Part shown: piece after piece, positions 9,991 through 20,582 of the stretch
How positions within the stretch are numbered: position 1 is the first letter of the stretch
How the letters are laid out: each line of letters begins with the position of its first letter
Origin: an uncultured Desulfobacterales bacterium
GTDB taxonomy: Bacteria; Desulfobacterota; Desulfobacteria; Desulfobacterales; CAJINA01
NCBI GenBank assembly: GCA_964636125.1
Contig: CAZWPX010000004.1
Coordinates: forward strand, 7,241 to 71,240
Direction: 5' to 3'
DNA length: 64,000 nt
Position numbers and translations under genes: made by a program
Notes under the pieces: generated by a model
Databases searched by the model: none
The model's input: the letters and a program-made list of their open reading frames with translations, nothing else
What the model was told of the DNA's origin: nothing

Positions 9991-10668
9991 ATGTACGAAT
10001 TTGTAACCGGGCCGTTGGCATGGATTTCGTTTTTAGTCTTTTTCATCGGTGTGAGTGTAAGAAAGGTGATGTACATCAAAGGGCTCAGGTGGAATCTTGA
10101 CCGGGTGGCCTATCGGGAGTTTCCCATGTACGGCTTCAAGGGTGCCGTACGATCCATTGTGGCCTGGCTGATTCCTTTCGGCACCCGCGCCTGGCGGCAA
10201 AATCCGGGTTTTACGATTCTGGTGTTCGTTTTTCACATCGGACTGCTGATAACCCCCGTTTTTCTGCTGGCCCACAACTTGATTTTAAAAGAGCGCTGGG
10301 GCTTCAGTCTCTGGACCTTGCCCGAACCGGTCTCCGATATTCTGACCATCGCGATGCTGATTGCCGCCCTGTTTATATTGCTGCGGCGTTTTGCGCTCCC
10401 GGAAGTCAGGATTCTGACAACAGGCTATGACCTGTTGGTGCTGGCCATAGCGGTGGCCCCTTTTATCACCGGCCTGCTGGCCTATCACCATGTCGGCGAC
10501 TACCAGTTCTGGCTGATTCTCCATATCCTGAGCGGAGAGGTCTGGCTGATCGCCATTCCTTTTACAAAGCTGTCCCACTCCGTCCTGTTTTTCATGTCCC
10601 GGGCCCAGCTCGGCATGGATTTCGGTATCAAGCGCGGTGGTATGAAGGGCCGCGGGATGGCATGGTAA
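9991..10668 (+). CDS. hmcE: Hmc complex membrane cytochrome b subunit (NarI/DsrM-like)
   Basis: FVFHIG, LLAHN, ILHILSGE, IPFTKLSH heme b His residues; 5 TM helices. Confidence 0.92.
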   Translation: MYEFVTGPLAWISFLVFFIGVSVRKVMYIKGLRWNLDRVAYREFPMYGFKGAVRSIVAWLIPFGTRAWRQNPGFTILVFVFHIGLLITPVFLLAHNLILKERWGFSLWTLPEPVSDILTIAMLIAALFILLRRFALPEVRILTTGYDLLVLAIAVAPFITGLLAYHHVGDYQFWLILHILSGEVWLIAIPFTKLSHSVLFFMSRAQLGMDFGIKRGGMKGRGMAW

Positions 10669-10674
10669 ATATGT

Positions 10675-10846
10675 GTATCCGCTCACAAACGGCATTTTTT
10701 GGCCCAGGGCGGCGTTAGCGCTCTTTTGAAATCCTCAACATAGTCTCGACTATGCCTGCGGCTTCAAAATCGCTTAAGCCTTGCACCACGATAGGCACTT
10801 GCTTCGCGACGCTCTGAACCAAAAACTACCATTTGTGAGCGAATAC
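10675..10846. mobile_element. ERIC-like miniature inverted-repeat element with nested 26-bp insert
   Basis: About 28-bp imperfect terminal inverted repeats GTATCCGCTCACAAACGGCATTTTTTGG / CCAAAAACTACCATTTGTGAGCGAATAC; internal GCGTT...CATAGTC-TC-GACTATG...GCCTTG. Confidence 0.65.
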
Positions 10847-10869
10847 TTTAACAACTAAAAATTTCGGGA

Positions 10870-12264
10870 ATGAATCAAATGGCTGAAGGCACACTTTGCA
10901 ATAAAAAAACGGTTAATACCAAGGCAGAACTCCAGGCGCTTTTGAACGATAAAAGCGGGAAGATCTATTATGAAGAGATGACCCACCTTGATGTGGATCA
11001 TGTCAAAATTCAGACCGTTTTAAAAAACACGTTCAAGTCCCGTATGCAGACCTGGCTGGAAATTTGCGCCCATTGCGGTATGTGCGCGGAGAGTTGCTAT
11101 ATTTACATGGTGAACAACAAGGATCCCAAACAGGTGCCGTCATATAAAATCCAATCGACGCTGGGTGAAATCGTCAAGCGCGGCGGGAAGGTGAGCAACG
11201 AGTTCATGCTGATGTGCATGGACACGGCCTGGTCCAAATGTTCGTGCTGCAACCGTTGCGGAATGTACTGCCCTTTTGGCATCGATATGGGGATTATGTT
11301 CGGCTACCTCAGAGGGATCCTTTACGGCCAGGGATTCGTGCCCTGGGAGCTTAAGATCGGCGCCGGCATGCATCGCATCTACCGTGCCCAGATGGATGTG
11401 ACCACTGAAGACTGGGTGGAGACCTGCGAGTGGATGGCCGAGGAATACGAAGATGATTATCCAGGGCTGGAAATTCCCGTAGATAAAAAAGATGCGGATA
11501 TCATGTATACGGTCAATGCCCGGGAGCCGAAACATTACCCGGAGGATCTGGCCGAGGCCGCGATTTTATTTCATGCAGCCGGTGAGAACTGGACGGTACC
11601 GTCGGAAGGCTGGGAGGAAACCAGCCTGGCCATGTTTGCCGGTGACTGGGAAGCCTGTAAACTGCAGGTGGAGTCTGTCTATGCCGCCATGGAGCGACTC
11701 AAGCCCAAGAGCATGGTGGTGACCGAGTGCGGTCATGCTTACCGGGCTACTGTTATAGAGGGTCCTTACTGGGCCGGGATCAAGTCGGGCCAGACACCGG
11801 TGCCCAGTTTTCACTATGTCGAATGGGTGGCCGAAGCACTCCGGGAAGGTAAAATAAAAATAGATCCGGCCAAAAAGATCAAGGAGCCGGTTACCTACCA
11901 GGATTCCTGTAACTACATCCGTAATGCGGGATTGAAGGACGCGGCCCGGGAGATCATGAGCTACATCGCCGAGGATTTTCGTGAGATGACGCCCTGCAAA
12001 GAGCATAATTTTTGCTGCGGCGGCGGCGGCGGGATGAATGGTATTGGGCGCTATCGCCAGGAGCGCAATATCGGCTTGAAAATGAAGCGGGACCAGATTC
12101 TGGCCACGGGGTGTAAACTGGTGGTCTCACCGTGTCACAATTGCTGGGACGCGATACGCGACCTGGAGGAGGTTTACAACGTGGGGATCCGCTGGTCATT
12201 CTTGAAGCCGCTGTTGATCAAGATGATGATTGTCCCCGATCACATGAAGCCGTCCGAGGAATAA
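10870..12264 (+). CDS. hmcF: Hmc complex cytoplasmic HdrD/DsrK-like Fe-S subunit
   Basis: [43 protein letters not shown] (CCG domain); start may be 10879. Confidence 0.92.
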   Translation: MNQMAEGTLCNKKTVNTKAELQALLNDKSGKIYYEEMTHLDVDHVKIQTVLKNTFKSRMQTWLEICAHCGMCAESCYIYMVNNKDPKQVPSYKIQSTLGEIVKRGGKVSNEFMLMCMDTAWSKCSCCNRCGMYCPFGIDMGIMFGYLRGILYGQGFVPWELKIGAGMHRIYRAQMDVTTEDWVETCEWMAEEYEDDYPGLEIPVDKKDADIMYTVNAREPKHYPEDLAEAAILFHAAGENWTVPSEGWEETSLAMFAGDWEACKLQVESVYAAMERLKPKSMVVTECGHAYRATVIEGPYWAGIKSGQTPVPSFHYVEWVAEALREGKIKIDPAKKIKEPVTYQDSCNYIRNAGLKDAAREIMSYIAEDFREMTPCKEHNFCCGGGGGMNGIGRYRQERNIGLKMKRDQILATGCKLVVSPCHNCWDAIRDLEEVYNVGIRWSFLKPLLIKMMIVPDHMKPSEE

Positions 12265-12380
12265 AGAGAGGGCACTGCCGGCTGTCATGCTAAATAGGCA
12301 GAGTGACAGGAAAAATAATAAGCGCCGGTAACCATGGCCACGGGTCTTGATGCTGGTTTTTTTTCAGGGTATTGGGGATC

Positions 12381-12911
12381 ATGAACACTATATTGCTGAA
12401 AGCAGACGGGTCACTGGAGGCCAACCGGAAAGATGTGGGTAAAGAGCCTCTCAGGTACCTCAGCGCAGGTATTGAGCTGGGGCGTGACTATTCGCTCAGA
12501 AGCTTCTTTCGGATGTTGAAAAAGTATCCTGAATTCCCGGAGCTCAACGAATTCAGTGCATTTCTCCTCGGGCAGTACAACCAGAGCCCGTCTAGCGGAT
12601 GCGAGTATGCTGGAATAGAAACCCTTGAGATGGGCAAGACGGTCGAGTTGATCGGTTTTCCAGGGAAGCCGCGCCTTGAAATATACACCACCTTTGAGGG
12701 TCAGAGCGGTGAAACCCATACTGAAATTCGATCCATCCGCGTGGAGCACCTGCTCGATGTGCCCGTTCGCCTGGGCAGGTTGCGGCATGTGATTTTCGGA
12801 GACAAGATGGACCTGCTCGAGTTTGAAACCGTTTATAACCTGTTTGAATTTATGGAAGCCATTATCTGGGAACTGAGCTTCCACGGGACACCAGAACAGT
12901 GCAGTATTTAG
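12381..12911 (+). CDS. hypothetical protein linked to the hmc/tmc cluster
   Basis: Clean ORF in the same orientation between hmcF and the USP gene; no recognisable motif. Confidence 0.65.
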   Translation: MNTILLKADGSLEANRKDVGKEPLRYLSAGIELGRDYSLRSFFRMLKKYPEFPELNEFSAFLLGQYNQSPSSGCEYAGIETLEMGKTVELIGFPGKPRLEIYTTFEGQSGETHTEIRSIRVEHLLDVPVRLGRLRHVIFGDKMDLLEFETVYNLFEFMEAIIWELSFHGTPEQCSI

Positions 12912-12971
12912 GGTAGCTACTTACCTATCCCGGCTGAAGTATTTTTTACCCAGGTTTTCAGGAGGTCATCC

Positions 12972-13889
12972 ATGTTTAAAAATTTATTGTTCGCCACCAC
13001 GGGCTCCCCGACATGTGACAACGCCGCCAAGGTCGCGTTTGATCTGGAGTTGAAATGGGATGCCAAGCTCCACATTTTTCATGTGCTTGGCCTGCCGAGT
13101 CGGGGGTTTAGCCCCTATGTCACAGACATCCGGACCGGTGAAACCGAACACGCTGATCCGGATTATATCGACTGGGTGAAGGAAGAGTTGAAAAACACCT
13201 ACGGCACCCTGCTGGAAGAGAGTGAAAACTCGGTTATTGACACCACCATCGGGGCCCCAGCGCGGGAAATTCTGAGAAAAGCCCGCAAGGAAGACATGGA
13301 TATGATTATCATGGGTGCGCACACCCGCCAGGAAGATGTCGGGGCGAGCCGCTATCGGGCCGTGGTGGGCAGTACCATGCGAAAAGTGGCCAAGGCCGCC
13401 CGCTGCCCGGTTATCATCATAAATCGCCCCTGTACGACCTGCTGGAAACTTTTTTCCAATATTGTCATCGGAACGGATTTTTCAAAAGCATCTGAATCGG
13501 CTTTTCTCTGGGCCGCAAAACTGGCCAGGACGGTGGGGGCCAAATTGCATATTTTTCATGCTGCAGATATTACCTTGGGGAGTGCCGGGCAGATGAAAAG
13601 CCAGACCGAGATTGAGGCCCTGATTGTTGCGGCCCGGGAAAAGATTGAAAAGAAATATGTGTCCCGGCTGGAAGGGTACGACAATTACGATATCGAAATC
13701 TGGGAAGGAACGCCCTACGTTGAAATTCTGAAATTTGCCCGCGACAAACAGGCCGACCTGATCGTCATGGCGCACCATGCCCGGGAAGTTGACCTTGAGG
13801 ACGCGGAACTCGGGAGTACCGTGGAGCAGGTAGTCCTGCGCGCCGCCTGCCCGGTGGCCAGCGTCAACCACCCGGACAAAGCAGTTTAG
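12972..13889 (+). CDS. universal stress protein with tandem USP domains
   Basis: MFKNLLFATTGS, MIIMGAH, GSTMRKVAKAARCPV; second domain IVIGTDFS...GSTVEQVVLRAACPV. Confidence 0.9.
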   Translation: MFKNLLFATTGSPTCDNAAKVAFDLELKWDAKLHIFHVLGLPSRGFSPYVTDIRTGETEHADPDYIDWVKEELKNTYGTLLEESENSVIDTTIGAPAREILRKARKEDMDMIIMGAHTRQEDVGASRYRAVVGSTMRKVAKAARCPVIIINRPCTTCWKLFSNIVIGTDFSKASESAFLWAAKLARTVGAKLHIFHAADITLGSAGQMKSQTEIEALIVAAREKIEKKYVSRLEGYDNYDIEIWEGTPYVEILKFARDKQADLIVMAHHAREVDLEDAELGSTVEQVVLRAACPVASVNHPDKAV

Positions 13890-13898
13890 GGGATAAAT

Positions 13899-14294
13899 AT
13901 GGAGAAAAAAAAGGTTCTCATCGTTGACGATGAGCTGGATATGAGAATCTTTCTGAAGACGCTGATTGAAACCAGCGGATATCAGCCGTTTGTTACCAGA
14001 GACGGCAGTGAAGGGCTGCAAAAGGCTATAGAAATTACCCCCGATCTCATTATTCTCGATGTAATGATGCCTGGTGAAGGGGGCCCCCAGACGTATCGCC
14101 AGCTTAAAACGGATCAAAAACTTTCAACAATTCCTGTCATAATGCTTTCAGGCGTAAAAAAAGATTCTTTTTTTCACTACCTCAAGATGCTGAACGCTGG
14201 TTCCGGCGGCAAAATTCTCCTGCCGACGGCCTATTTTGAGAAACCGGTTGATCATAAAGAATTGATACAGAAAATCCGGGCAATCCTGGATTGA
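13899..14294 (+). CDS. single-domain response regulator
   Basis: VLIVDDE, ILDVMMP, IPVIMLSG, FEKP. Confidence 0.9.
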   Translation: MEKKKVLIVDDELDMRIFLKTLIETSGYQPFVTRDGSEGLQKAIEITPDLIILDVMMPGEGGPQTYRQLKTDQKLSTIPVIMLSGVKKDSFFHYLKMLNAGSGGKILLPTAYFEKPVDHKELIQKIRAILD

Positions 14295-14327
14295 AGTGTA
14301 GAATACTACCTCGGAGTTTTTGCCAAA

Positions 14328-16256
14328 ATGGATAACAAAATCCTGCTGGTTGACGATGAAGAAGGCATTCGTAAGGTTCTCGGGATTTCTCTTGAAGACA
14401 GTGGCTACGATGTGCTCAAGGCGGAAAACGGGGTTACCGCCCTGGAACTGTTTCGCCGGCATCACCCCAGCATCGTCCTGACAGACATCAAAATGCCCGG
14501 CATGGACGGTATCACCCTGTTGAAAGCCATCAAGGCTGAAGACCCCGACACGGAAGTCATCATGATCACCGGGCACGGTGATATGGATCTCGCCATTGCC
14601 AGCCTGAAGCTGGAAGCCACCGATTTTGTCACCAAGCCCATCAATAACGATATCCTCGAGATTGCCCTTAAACGTGCCAACGACCGCCTTGCCATGCGCC
14701 GTCAGCTGCAGGCTTACACCGAAAACCTTGAAAACCTGGTAGCCGAGAAATCCGCACGCCTGGTGGAACTTGAACGCCTGGCCGCCCTGGGCCAGGCGGT
14801 GGATGGTCTGTCGGCCGCCTTTGTGGATATTGCCGGAGACCTTGAAGGGGGGATTCGCTATTTTAATGAAATGCCCTGCTTCGTCTCAATCCACAGCCCG
14901 CAGCTGAAAGTTCTGGCCGCCAACCAGTTGTATAAGAGCCGGTTGGGCGATATGACCGGGCATGCCAGTTGGGCCATCTACAGGGAGCCCGGGGAAGAAC
15001 ATAAGGGGTGCCCGGTGGCAAAAACGGTGGAGGCCGGCAGCGGTGTGCGGCGAAAAGAAACCATTCGCTACGCCGACGGCAGCCAGTACCCGGTAATGGT
15101 CCACACGGCCCCGATCAAAAACACAAGCGGAGACCTGGAACTGATCCTGGAAATCGCGGTTGACATTTCCGAGGTGCAGCGGCTCCAGGAGGAACTCCGG
15201 AGCACCCGCGAACGCTACCAGCAACTTTTTGACGAGGTGCCCTGCTATATATCCGTGCAGGATCGTGATCTAAATCTCACCGCAGTGAACCGCAAGTTCA
15301 AGGAGGCTTTTGGAGAGCGGCCCGGGGGGCATTGCTTCCAGGTATACAAAGGCCGGGACAGGGCCTGCCGTGATTGCCCGGTGAAAAAAACCTTCCAGGA
15401 TGGTCGCTCCCACCAGTCTGAAATGGTGGTGGCCGACAGTGGCGGTCGTCCGCTCCATCTGCTTGTTTCCACAGCCCCGATTTTGGATGTAGCCGGCGAT
15501 ATTGCACATGTGATGGAGATGGCCACGGACATTACCCAGATTCGAAAACTGCAGGATCACCTGGCCTCACTGGGGATGATGATCGGGTCCATTTCTCATG
15601 GCGTGAAAGGCATCCTGACCGGCCTGGATGCCGGCGTTTATCTGCTGACATCCGGTTTGAACAACCAGGATGACACAAAGGTCCTAGAAGGGGTGGCTGC
15701 TGTCCGGACCATGTCGGATCGAATCCGCAAGCTCTTTCTGGATATCCTCTATTATGTCAAAGACCGCTCCCTGCGGATCGAGGACGTTGACCTGGAAACC
15801 TTTGTGGCTGAGCTGACTGATATCGCATCTTCCAAATTCCACCGTTCTAAGGTCCGTTTTACGCACACGCTCACGGGCGTGCCCGGGCGTTTCCAGGTCG
15901 ATACAGTGGCGTTGCAATCCGCCCTGATCAGTATTATCGAAAACGGCCTGGATGCCTGCCAGGACGATGAGGCCAAGCAGGCCCATGCCGTCCGGCTGGA
16001 AGTCAGCCCCGGTCCCGACGGTGTGTCCCTGCGGGTTATTGATAACGGTACCGGTATTGACCCCGAAAACAAGGAAAAGATGTTCACCCTGTTTTTTTCA
16101 TCCAAGGGCCGGCGGGGTACCGGGTTCGGCCTCTACCTGGCCCGGGAGATTGTAGAACAACACGGTGGTTCCATCCGTGTGGATTCCATCCCGGGTGAAC
16201 AGACCATTTTTACCCTCAGCGTACCGCGTATTCCCCCCCTTTCTCACCCGGCCTGA
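14328..16256 (+). CDS. hybrid sensor kinase (REC-PAS-PAS-HisKA-HATPase)
   Basis: Receiver domain strongly similar to the protein at 4014; two PAS domains; ISHGVKG H-box; DNGTGI, FFSSKG, GTGFGL. Confidence 0.9.
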   Translation: MDNKILLVDDEEGIRKVLGISLEDSGYDVLKAENGVTALELFRRHHPSIVLTDIKMPGMDGITLLKAIKAEDPDTEVIMITGHGDMDLAIASLKLEATDFVTKPINNDILEIALKRANDRLAMRRQLQAYTENLENLVAEKSARLVELERLAALGQAVDGLSAAFVDIAGDLEGGIRYFNEMPCFVSIHSPQLKVLAANQLYKSRLGDMTGHASWAIYREPGEEHKGCPVAKTVEAGSGVRRKETIRYADGSQYPVMVHTAPIKNTSGDLELILEIAVDISEVQRLQEELRSTRERYQQLFDEVPCYISVQDRDLNLTAVNRKFKEAFGERPGGHCFQVYKGRDRACRDCPVKKTFQDGRSHQSEMVVADSGGRPLHLLVSTAPILDVAGDIAHVMEMATDITQIRKLQDHLASLGMMIGSISHGVKGILTGLDAGVYLLTSGLNNQDDTKVLEGVAAVRTMSDRIRKLFLDILYYVKDRSLRIEDVDLETFVAELTDIASSKFHRSKVRFTHTLTGVPGRFQVDTVALQSALISIIENGLDACQDDEAKQAHAVRLEVSPGPDGVSLRVIDNGTGIDPENKEKMFTLFFSSKGRRGTGFGLYLAREIVEQHGGSIRVDSIPGEQTIFTLSVPRIPPLSHPA

Positions 16257-16399
16257 TCTGTTTTTAAAGTCCAGGTAAAATTTTAACTTGACGGTATTGC
16301 AGTCTGTGGGGTAATTGGACTCATTGTTTGTTGCAAAAAATGGCGTTGACCAGTCCGGATGGTCAAAATGCTGGTTTGCCTATAGAAATTGGATGGTTA

Positions 16400-17125
16400 A
16401 TGGGGATTCCACAACAAATCCTGACCGTTGCACAGGTGGCGGCCATTTGCGGCGTCAACCGGAATACGGTCGGTCTCTGGATCCGATCCCGAAAATTGCA
16501 TGCCGCCAGGAAAGGCCGCAACTATTCAATTCCCATTTCGGAACTGATCTTCTTTCTCAAATCCACGGGTCGGGAAATTCCCGCGGAACTCGCCCAGGAT
16601 ACAACCCTGGCACCCCATTTTCGCCCCTTCCAACACTGCTGGGATTACTTTCAAAGCAGCAACCATATCAATGGCTGCCAGGGCTGTGCTGTTTTTAAAA
16701 ATAAGCTGGATAACTGTTTTACAGGCAAAGACTCATCTTCCACCGGCTGCAGGGGGCAATGTGGCGACTGCCGCTATTTTCAGGAGGCTTTTCTTCCCAG
16801 AATCCAACTTGTTTACCAGATAGATATCCCGGCTGCCGTCTACAAGGGCTTTTATCTATGGTGCGGGAATAAGCACTGGGCCCAGGTTGTCGGTCAAGTT
16901 GAAAAAGATCTCATCGGACTCGGCATTGAAAACGTCTTTCACCCGGATTCGCTTGGCGTGGTGATGGCCAGTTTTAAAAAAAGGGCTCTCGGTGACCCGT
17001 CCGTGCCCAGAACCGACACTGTCGCCGTAATGAACAATCACCGTGAAAAAATCGCCATGCTGATTTCCGTCTACCCATTGGCTGAGCCATCTGGCGCCTG
17101 GCTGCTACTGGGGGAAGTCTGTTAG
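16400..17125 (+). CDS. excisionase/MerR-like HTH regulator with Cys-rich and PAS-like domains
   Basis: ILTVAQVAAICGVNRNTVGLWIRSRKLHA HTH; CWDYF...CQGC...CF...CRGQCGDC; C-terminal PAS-like segment (LIGLGIENVFHPDS). Confidence 0.75.
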   Translation: MGIPQQILTVAQVAAICGVNRNTVGLWIRSRKLHAARKGRNYSIPISELIFFLKSTGREIPAELAQDTTLAPHFRPFQHCWDYFQSSNHINGCQGCAVFKNKLDNCFTGKDSSSTGCRGQCGDCRYFQEAFLPRIQLVYQIDIPAAVYKGFYLWCGNKHWAQVVGQVEKDLIGLGIENVFHPDSLGVVMASFKKRALGDPSVPRTDTVAVMNNHREKIAMLISVYPLAEPSGAWLLLGEVC

Positions 17126-17192
17126 GGGAGAAAAGGGTGTGACCGATCGGAAAGACGGAGCAGCATATAACGATACCCTTTAAGGAGGGGCT

Positions 17193-18455
17193 ATGACAGA
17201 TAAAGAGAACTGGGATTGGGAACTGGGTGAAAAAAAGATTTCACTTGCGGACTGGAAAGACAATTACACCTGGGTTGAGGAACCCCAGGCCAGTCCGGAC
17301 GGAGAGAAGGTGGCCGCCATCGTCAATATTGATGAGGGCGAATTCAAGGTCTGTGAAAACGGCACCGCCTGGGAAGAAACCTATGACAAGATCTGGTATC
17401 TGCGATTTTCTCCGGACGGCCGGCTTACTGCGATTGTGTCCGATATGGGCGAGTGGACCCTGGCCGTGGACAGTGTTCCCTGGGAGATGATGTTTGATTA
17501 CCTCTGGAATACCCAATTCAGTGCTGACGGTAAGAAGATTGCTGCGGCAGTTCAAAAAGAGATGTCCTACTGTATGGCTGTTGATGGGGTTTCCTGGGAA
17601 GAACAATACAGCAATATGAACCACTTCGCTTTCAATACGGCTGGTTCTGCCGCGGCTGCTTCTGTACAGGTTGAGAACTACGGAGAGGCTGACATCCAGA
17701 AATTCCAGGAGGGAGCATTTACGGCGACCCTCAATGGCAGGGCCTGGGATAACCGGTTTGTCAACGTCTGGAATATGGCCATCAGTGAAGATGGGCGCAG
17801 ACTGGCGGCAGAGGTGAGGACAAGCCTTTATGACTACACCATTGCGGTTGACGGGATTCCCTGGAAGCAGACTTACACCGGTGTCTGGGAACCGGTCTTC
17901 AATCCGTTGACAGGGGCCGTGGTTGCGCCGGTGCGGCTGGCCGGGAAATGGGCGCTGGCCACGGACGGCAATCTGCTTTGGGATCGCAAATTCGTCCAGT
18001 TGTGGCACCAGATTTTCAGCCCCGACGGGAAAAACATTGCGGCGGTTGTGGCCCCGGCGTTCGGGAAATGGACGGTTGCCGTTGACCAGGTACCCTGGGC
18101 GGTTACTTTTAATGATTTTGTGGATGATCTCGTGTTCAGCCAGGATTCACACAGGGTTGCAGCCCTGGGAAAAAACGGATCAAGTTGGCATGTGGCGGTT
18201 GATGGTGCCATATGGCAAAACAGCTTCGATATGGCCTGGCAACCGGTGTTCAGTCCGCAGGGGGAGACGGTGGCGGCCCGGGTCGAAAAGAACGGAAAGC
18301 ATACCCTTGTCATAAACGACAGCCTGTGGGAACAGGAGTGTGATACCCTCTGGGATCCGGTATTTAGTCCGGATGGCGACAAATTGTTGATACGGTCCGT
18401 GGAAGACGGCATCTATTACCGTCGGGTAGTACCTGTCGCTAAAGCAACACGCTAA
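17193..18455 (+). CDS. tmcD: Tmc complex subunit TmcD (Trp-rich beta-propeller)
   Basis: Repeated FSPDG / VDG..W units; Trp-rich; adjacent to tmcC. Confidence 0.88.
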   Translation: MTDKENWDWELGEKKISLADWKDNYTWVEEPQASPDGEKVAAIVNIDEGEFKVCENGTAWEETYDKIWYLRFSPDGRLTAIVSDMGEWTLAVDSVPWEMMFDYLWNTQFSADGKKIAAAVQKEMSYCMAVDGVSWEEQYSNMNHFAFNTAGSAAAASVQVENYGEADIQKFQEGAFTATLNGRAWDNRFVNVWNMAISEDGRRLAAEVRTSLYDYTIAVDGIPWKQTYTGVWEPVFNPLTGAVVAPVRLAGKWALATDGNLLWDRKFVQLWHQIFSPDGKNIAAVVAPAFGKWTVAVDQVPWAVTFNDFVDDLVFSQDSHRVAALGKNGSSWHVAVDGAIWQNSFDMAWQPVFSPQGETVAARVEKNGKHTLVINDSLWEQECDTLWDPVFSPDGDKLLIRSVEDGIYYRRVVPVAKATR

Positions 18456-18469
18456 TTGGGGAGGATAGC

Positions 18470-19129
18470 ATGCAGCAGATTTATAACATTGTCAGCGGAC
18501 CTCTGGTTTGGGTGGCCTTTATACTGTTTGTCGGGGGCAGCCTTTTCAGGATTGTCACTATGCTCCGGCTGGTCAAGGCCAAGGAGAAGTGGATTTTTAG
18601 CTACATGAGCTGGAAATACAGTCTCCGATCCATTTTACACTGGTTGACACCTTTTGCCACCGTCAACATGCGCAAGCACCCGGTGATGACAACAGTAACC
18701 TTCATTTTTCACCTTTGCCTGTTGATTACGCCGCTATTCCTGCTGGGACACATTGTCCTCGTGGATGAATCCTGGAACCTGAGCTGGGTTGCATTGCCAG
18801 ACGGCATGGCGGATATCATGACCCTGGCCGTGGTGGGAAGCTGCCTGTTTTTTCTGGTACGCCGTCTGGTGTTACCGGAAGTTCAGTACGTCACCTCGGC
18901 TTCAGATTACTTTATCCTGGCCATAGTGGCGGCACCTTTTGTCACGGGCTTCATCGCCTATCAGCAGTGGTTCAGCTACCCGGTGATGATGATTCTGCAT
19001 ATTGTATCCGGAGAAATCATGCTGGTGGCTATTCCCTTTACCCGTTTGAGCCACATGTTGTTTTCCCCGTTTACCAGGGCCTATATGGGCTCTGAATTCG
19101 GAGGGGTCAGACATGCGCGGGACTGGTGA
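18470..19129 (+). CDS. tmcC: Tmc complex membrane cytochrome b subunit
   Basis: Paralog of HmcE; FIFHLC, LLGHI, ILHIVSGE, IPFTRLSH. Confidence 0.9.
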   Translation: MQQIYNIVSGPLVWVAFILFVGGSLFRIVTMLRLVKAKEKWIFSYMSWKYSLRSILHWLTPFATVNMRKHPVMTTVTFIFHLCLLITPLFLLGHIVLVDESWNLSWVALPDGMADIMTLAVVGSCLFFLVRRLVLPEVQYVTSASDYFILAIVAAPFVTGFIAYQQWFSYPVMMILHIVSGEIMLVAIPFTRLSHMLFSPFTRAYMGSEFGGVRHARDW

Positions 19130-19229
19130 GATTTGACGGTGCCGACCGCCGCCGGGTATTGGCCGGTCTGTGACCGATTGTGGTCAAGGCAATTGAACCC
19201 TCTATCCACATGCTCATAAGGAGCTGAAA

Positions 19230-20567
19230 ATGACTGAATCAGAAAGCCAGGCAGAACAACAGATTTTTGACCAGGCGACCGAAGCCGGCCTTGCGAAACT
19301 GACCGAAGAAAAAATCCAGCAGGTAATCAATAATGTTTTGCAAGGGGAGACCGGCGCCAGGCTGAAGACATACGTTCAGACCTGCATCCATTGCGGGCTC
19401 TGTTCGGAGGCTTGTCACTACTACCTCTCCCATGATAATGACCCTGCGTTTTCACCGGTTGGAAAAGTCAAACAGACCCTGTGGGAAATCCTGAAAAAGA
19501 AAGGGCGGGTCAGTCGTGATTTTGTCAGGTGCATGACCAGAATTGCCCAGACCGAGTGCAATTTGTGTAAGCGCTGCGCCATGTATTGCCCCTTCGGTAT
19601 CGATATTGCCTATCTCATGCTTGTGGTCAGGCGCATGTGCCACCTGCTTGGTGTTACGCCACGCTACATCCAGGATACCGCCCACAGCCATTCAGTGACC
19701 ATGAACCAGATGTGGGTCAAACCGGATGAGTGGCCGGACACCTTGCAGTGGCAGGAAGAAGAAGCCCAGGCTGAAATTCCTACTTTGCGGATTCCCCTTG
19801 AAAAAGAAGGGGCGGATATCATGTATTCCGTTATCGGCCCCGAGCCCAAATTCCAGGCCCAGCTGATTTACCAGGCGGCCGTTATCATGGATGTGGCCGG
19901 GGTAAACTGGACCATGCCGGCTTCTTCGGGGTGGGACAACAGCGACATGGCCATGTTTACCGGGGATAATGAATTGATGGGGCGTATGAAGCGGCACCAT
20001 TTTGAAACCGCCGCCCGGTTGAAGGTCAAGAAAATTGTCATGGGAGAGTGCGGGCACGCTTTCCGGTCTGTATACGATGTGGGCAACCGCTGGCTGGGCT
20101 GGAAAATGCCGCCCATACCCATTGTGCATGCCATCGAGTTTTACTACGATCTTATCAAGTCCGGAAAAATCAAGATCAAAAAGAAATTCGAAAAACCGGT
20201 CACCCTGCACGACCCCTGTAATGTGGTGCGCGGGGGCGGGTTGCATGAGAAGGCCAGATACGTTGTCAGGGCGATTTGCGAAGAGTTGATTGAAATGCAT
20301 CCCAACCGGGAACACAATTATTGCTGCATCGCCGGGGGGGGGGTCATCAATTGCGGCCCGCCCTATAAAAAAACCCGGATGGAGGGCAACAAGGTGAAGG
20401 CGGAGCAGCTCTTTGAGGTGAAAACAAGAGGCGCAGATGTACTGATCGCCCCCTGTCATAACTGTCACAGCGGTCTTGAGGATATCAACCACCACTTTGG
20501 AATCGGGCAGGAAATCAAATTCATCGGTGATATCATTTATGAAGTCATGGAAAAACCGGAAGCATAA
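19230..20567 (+). CDS. tmcB: Tmc complex HdrD/DsrK-like Fe-S subunit
   Basis: CIHCGLCSEAC, CNLCKRCAMYCP, GECGH, HDPC, CCIAGGG, APCHNC. Confidence 0.9.
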   Translation: MTESESQAEQQIFDQATEAGLAKLTEEKIQQVINNVLQGETGARLKTYVQTCIHCGLCSEACHYYLSHDNDPAFSPVGKVKQTLWEILKKKGRVSRDFVRCMTRIAQTECNLCKRCAMYCPFGIDIAYLMLVVRRMCHLLGVTPRYIQDTAHSHSVTMNQMWVKPDEWPDTLQWQEEEAQAEIPTLRIPLEKEGADIMYSVIGPEPKFQAQLIYQAAVIMDVAGVNWTMPASSGWDNSDMAMFTGDNELMGRMKRHHFETAARLKVKKIVMGECGHAFRSVYDVGNRWLGWKMPPIPIVHAIEFYYDLIKSGKIKIKKKFEKPVTLHDPCNVVRGGGLHEKARYVVRAICEELIEMHPNREHNYCCIAGGGVINCGPPYKKTRMEGNKVKAEQLFEVKTRGADVLIAPCHNCHSGLEDINHHFGIGQEIKFIGDIIYEVMEKPEA

Positions 20568-20582
20568 CAGGAGGGGCGCCAA

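Noticed and set aside
16400-17125. Prophage or integrative element suggested by the excisionase-like HTH
   Set aside because: No integrase, att site or phage genes; the context is a respiratory operon.
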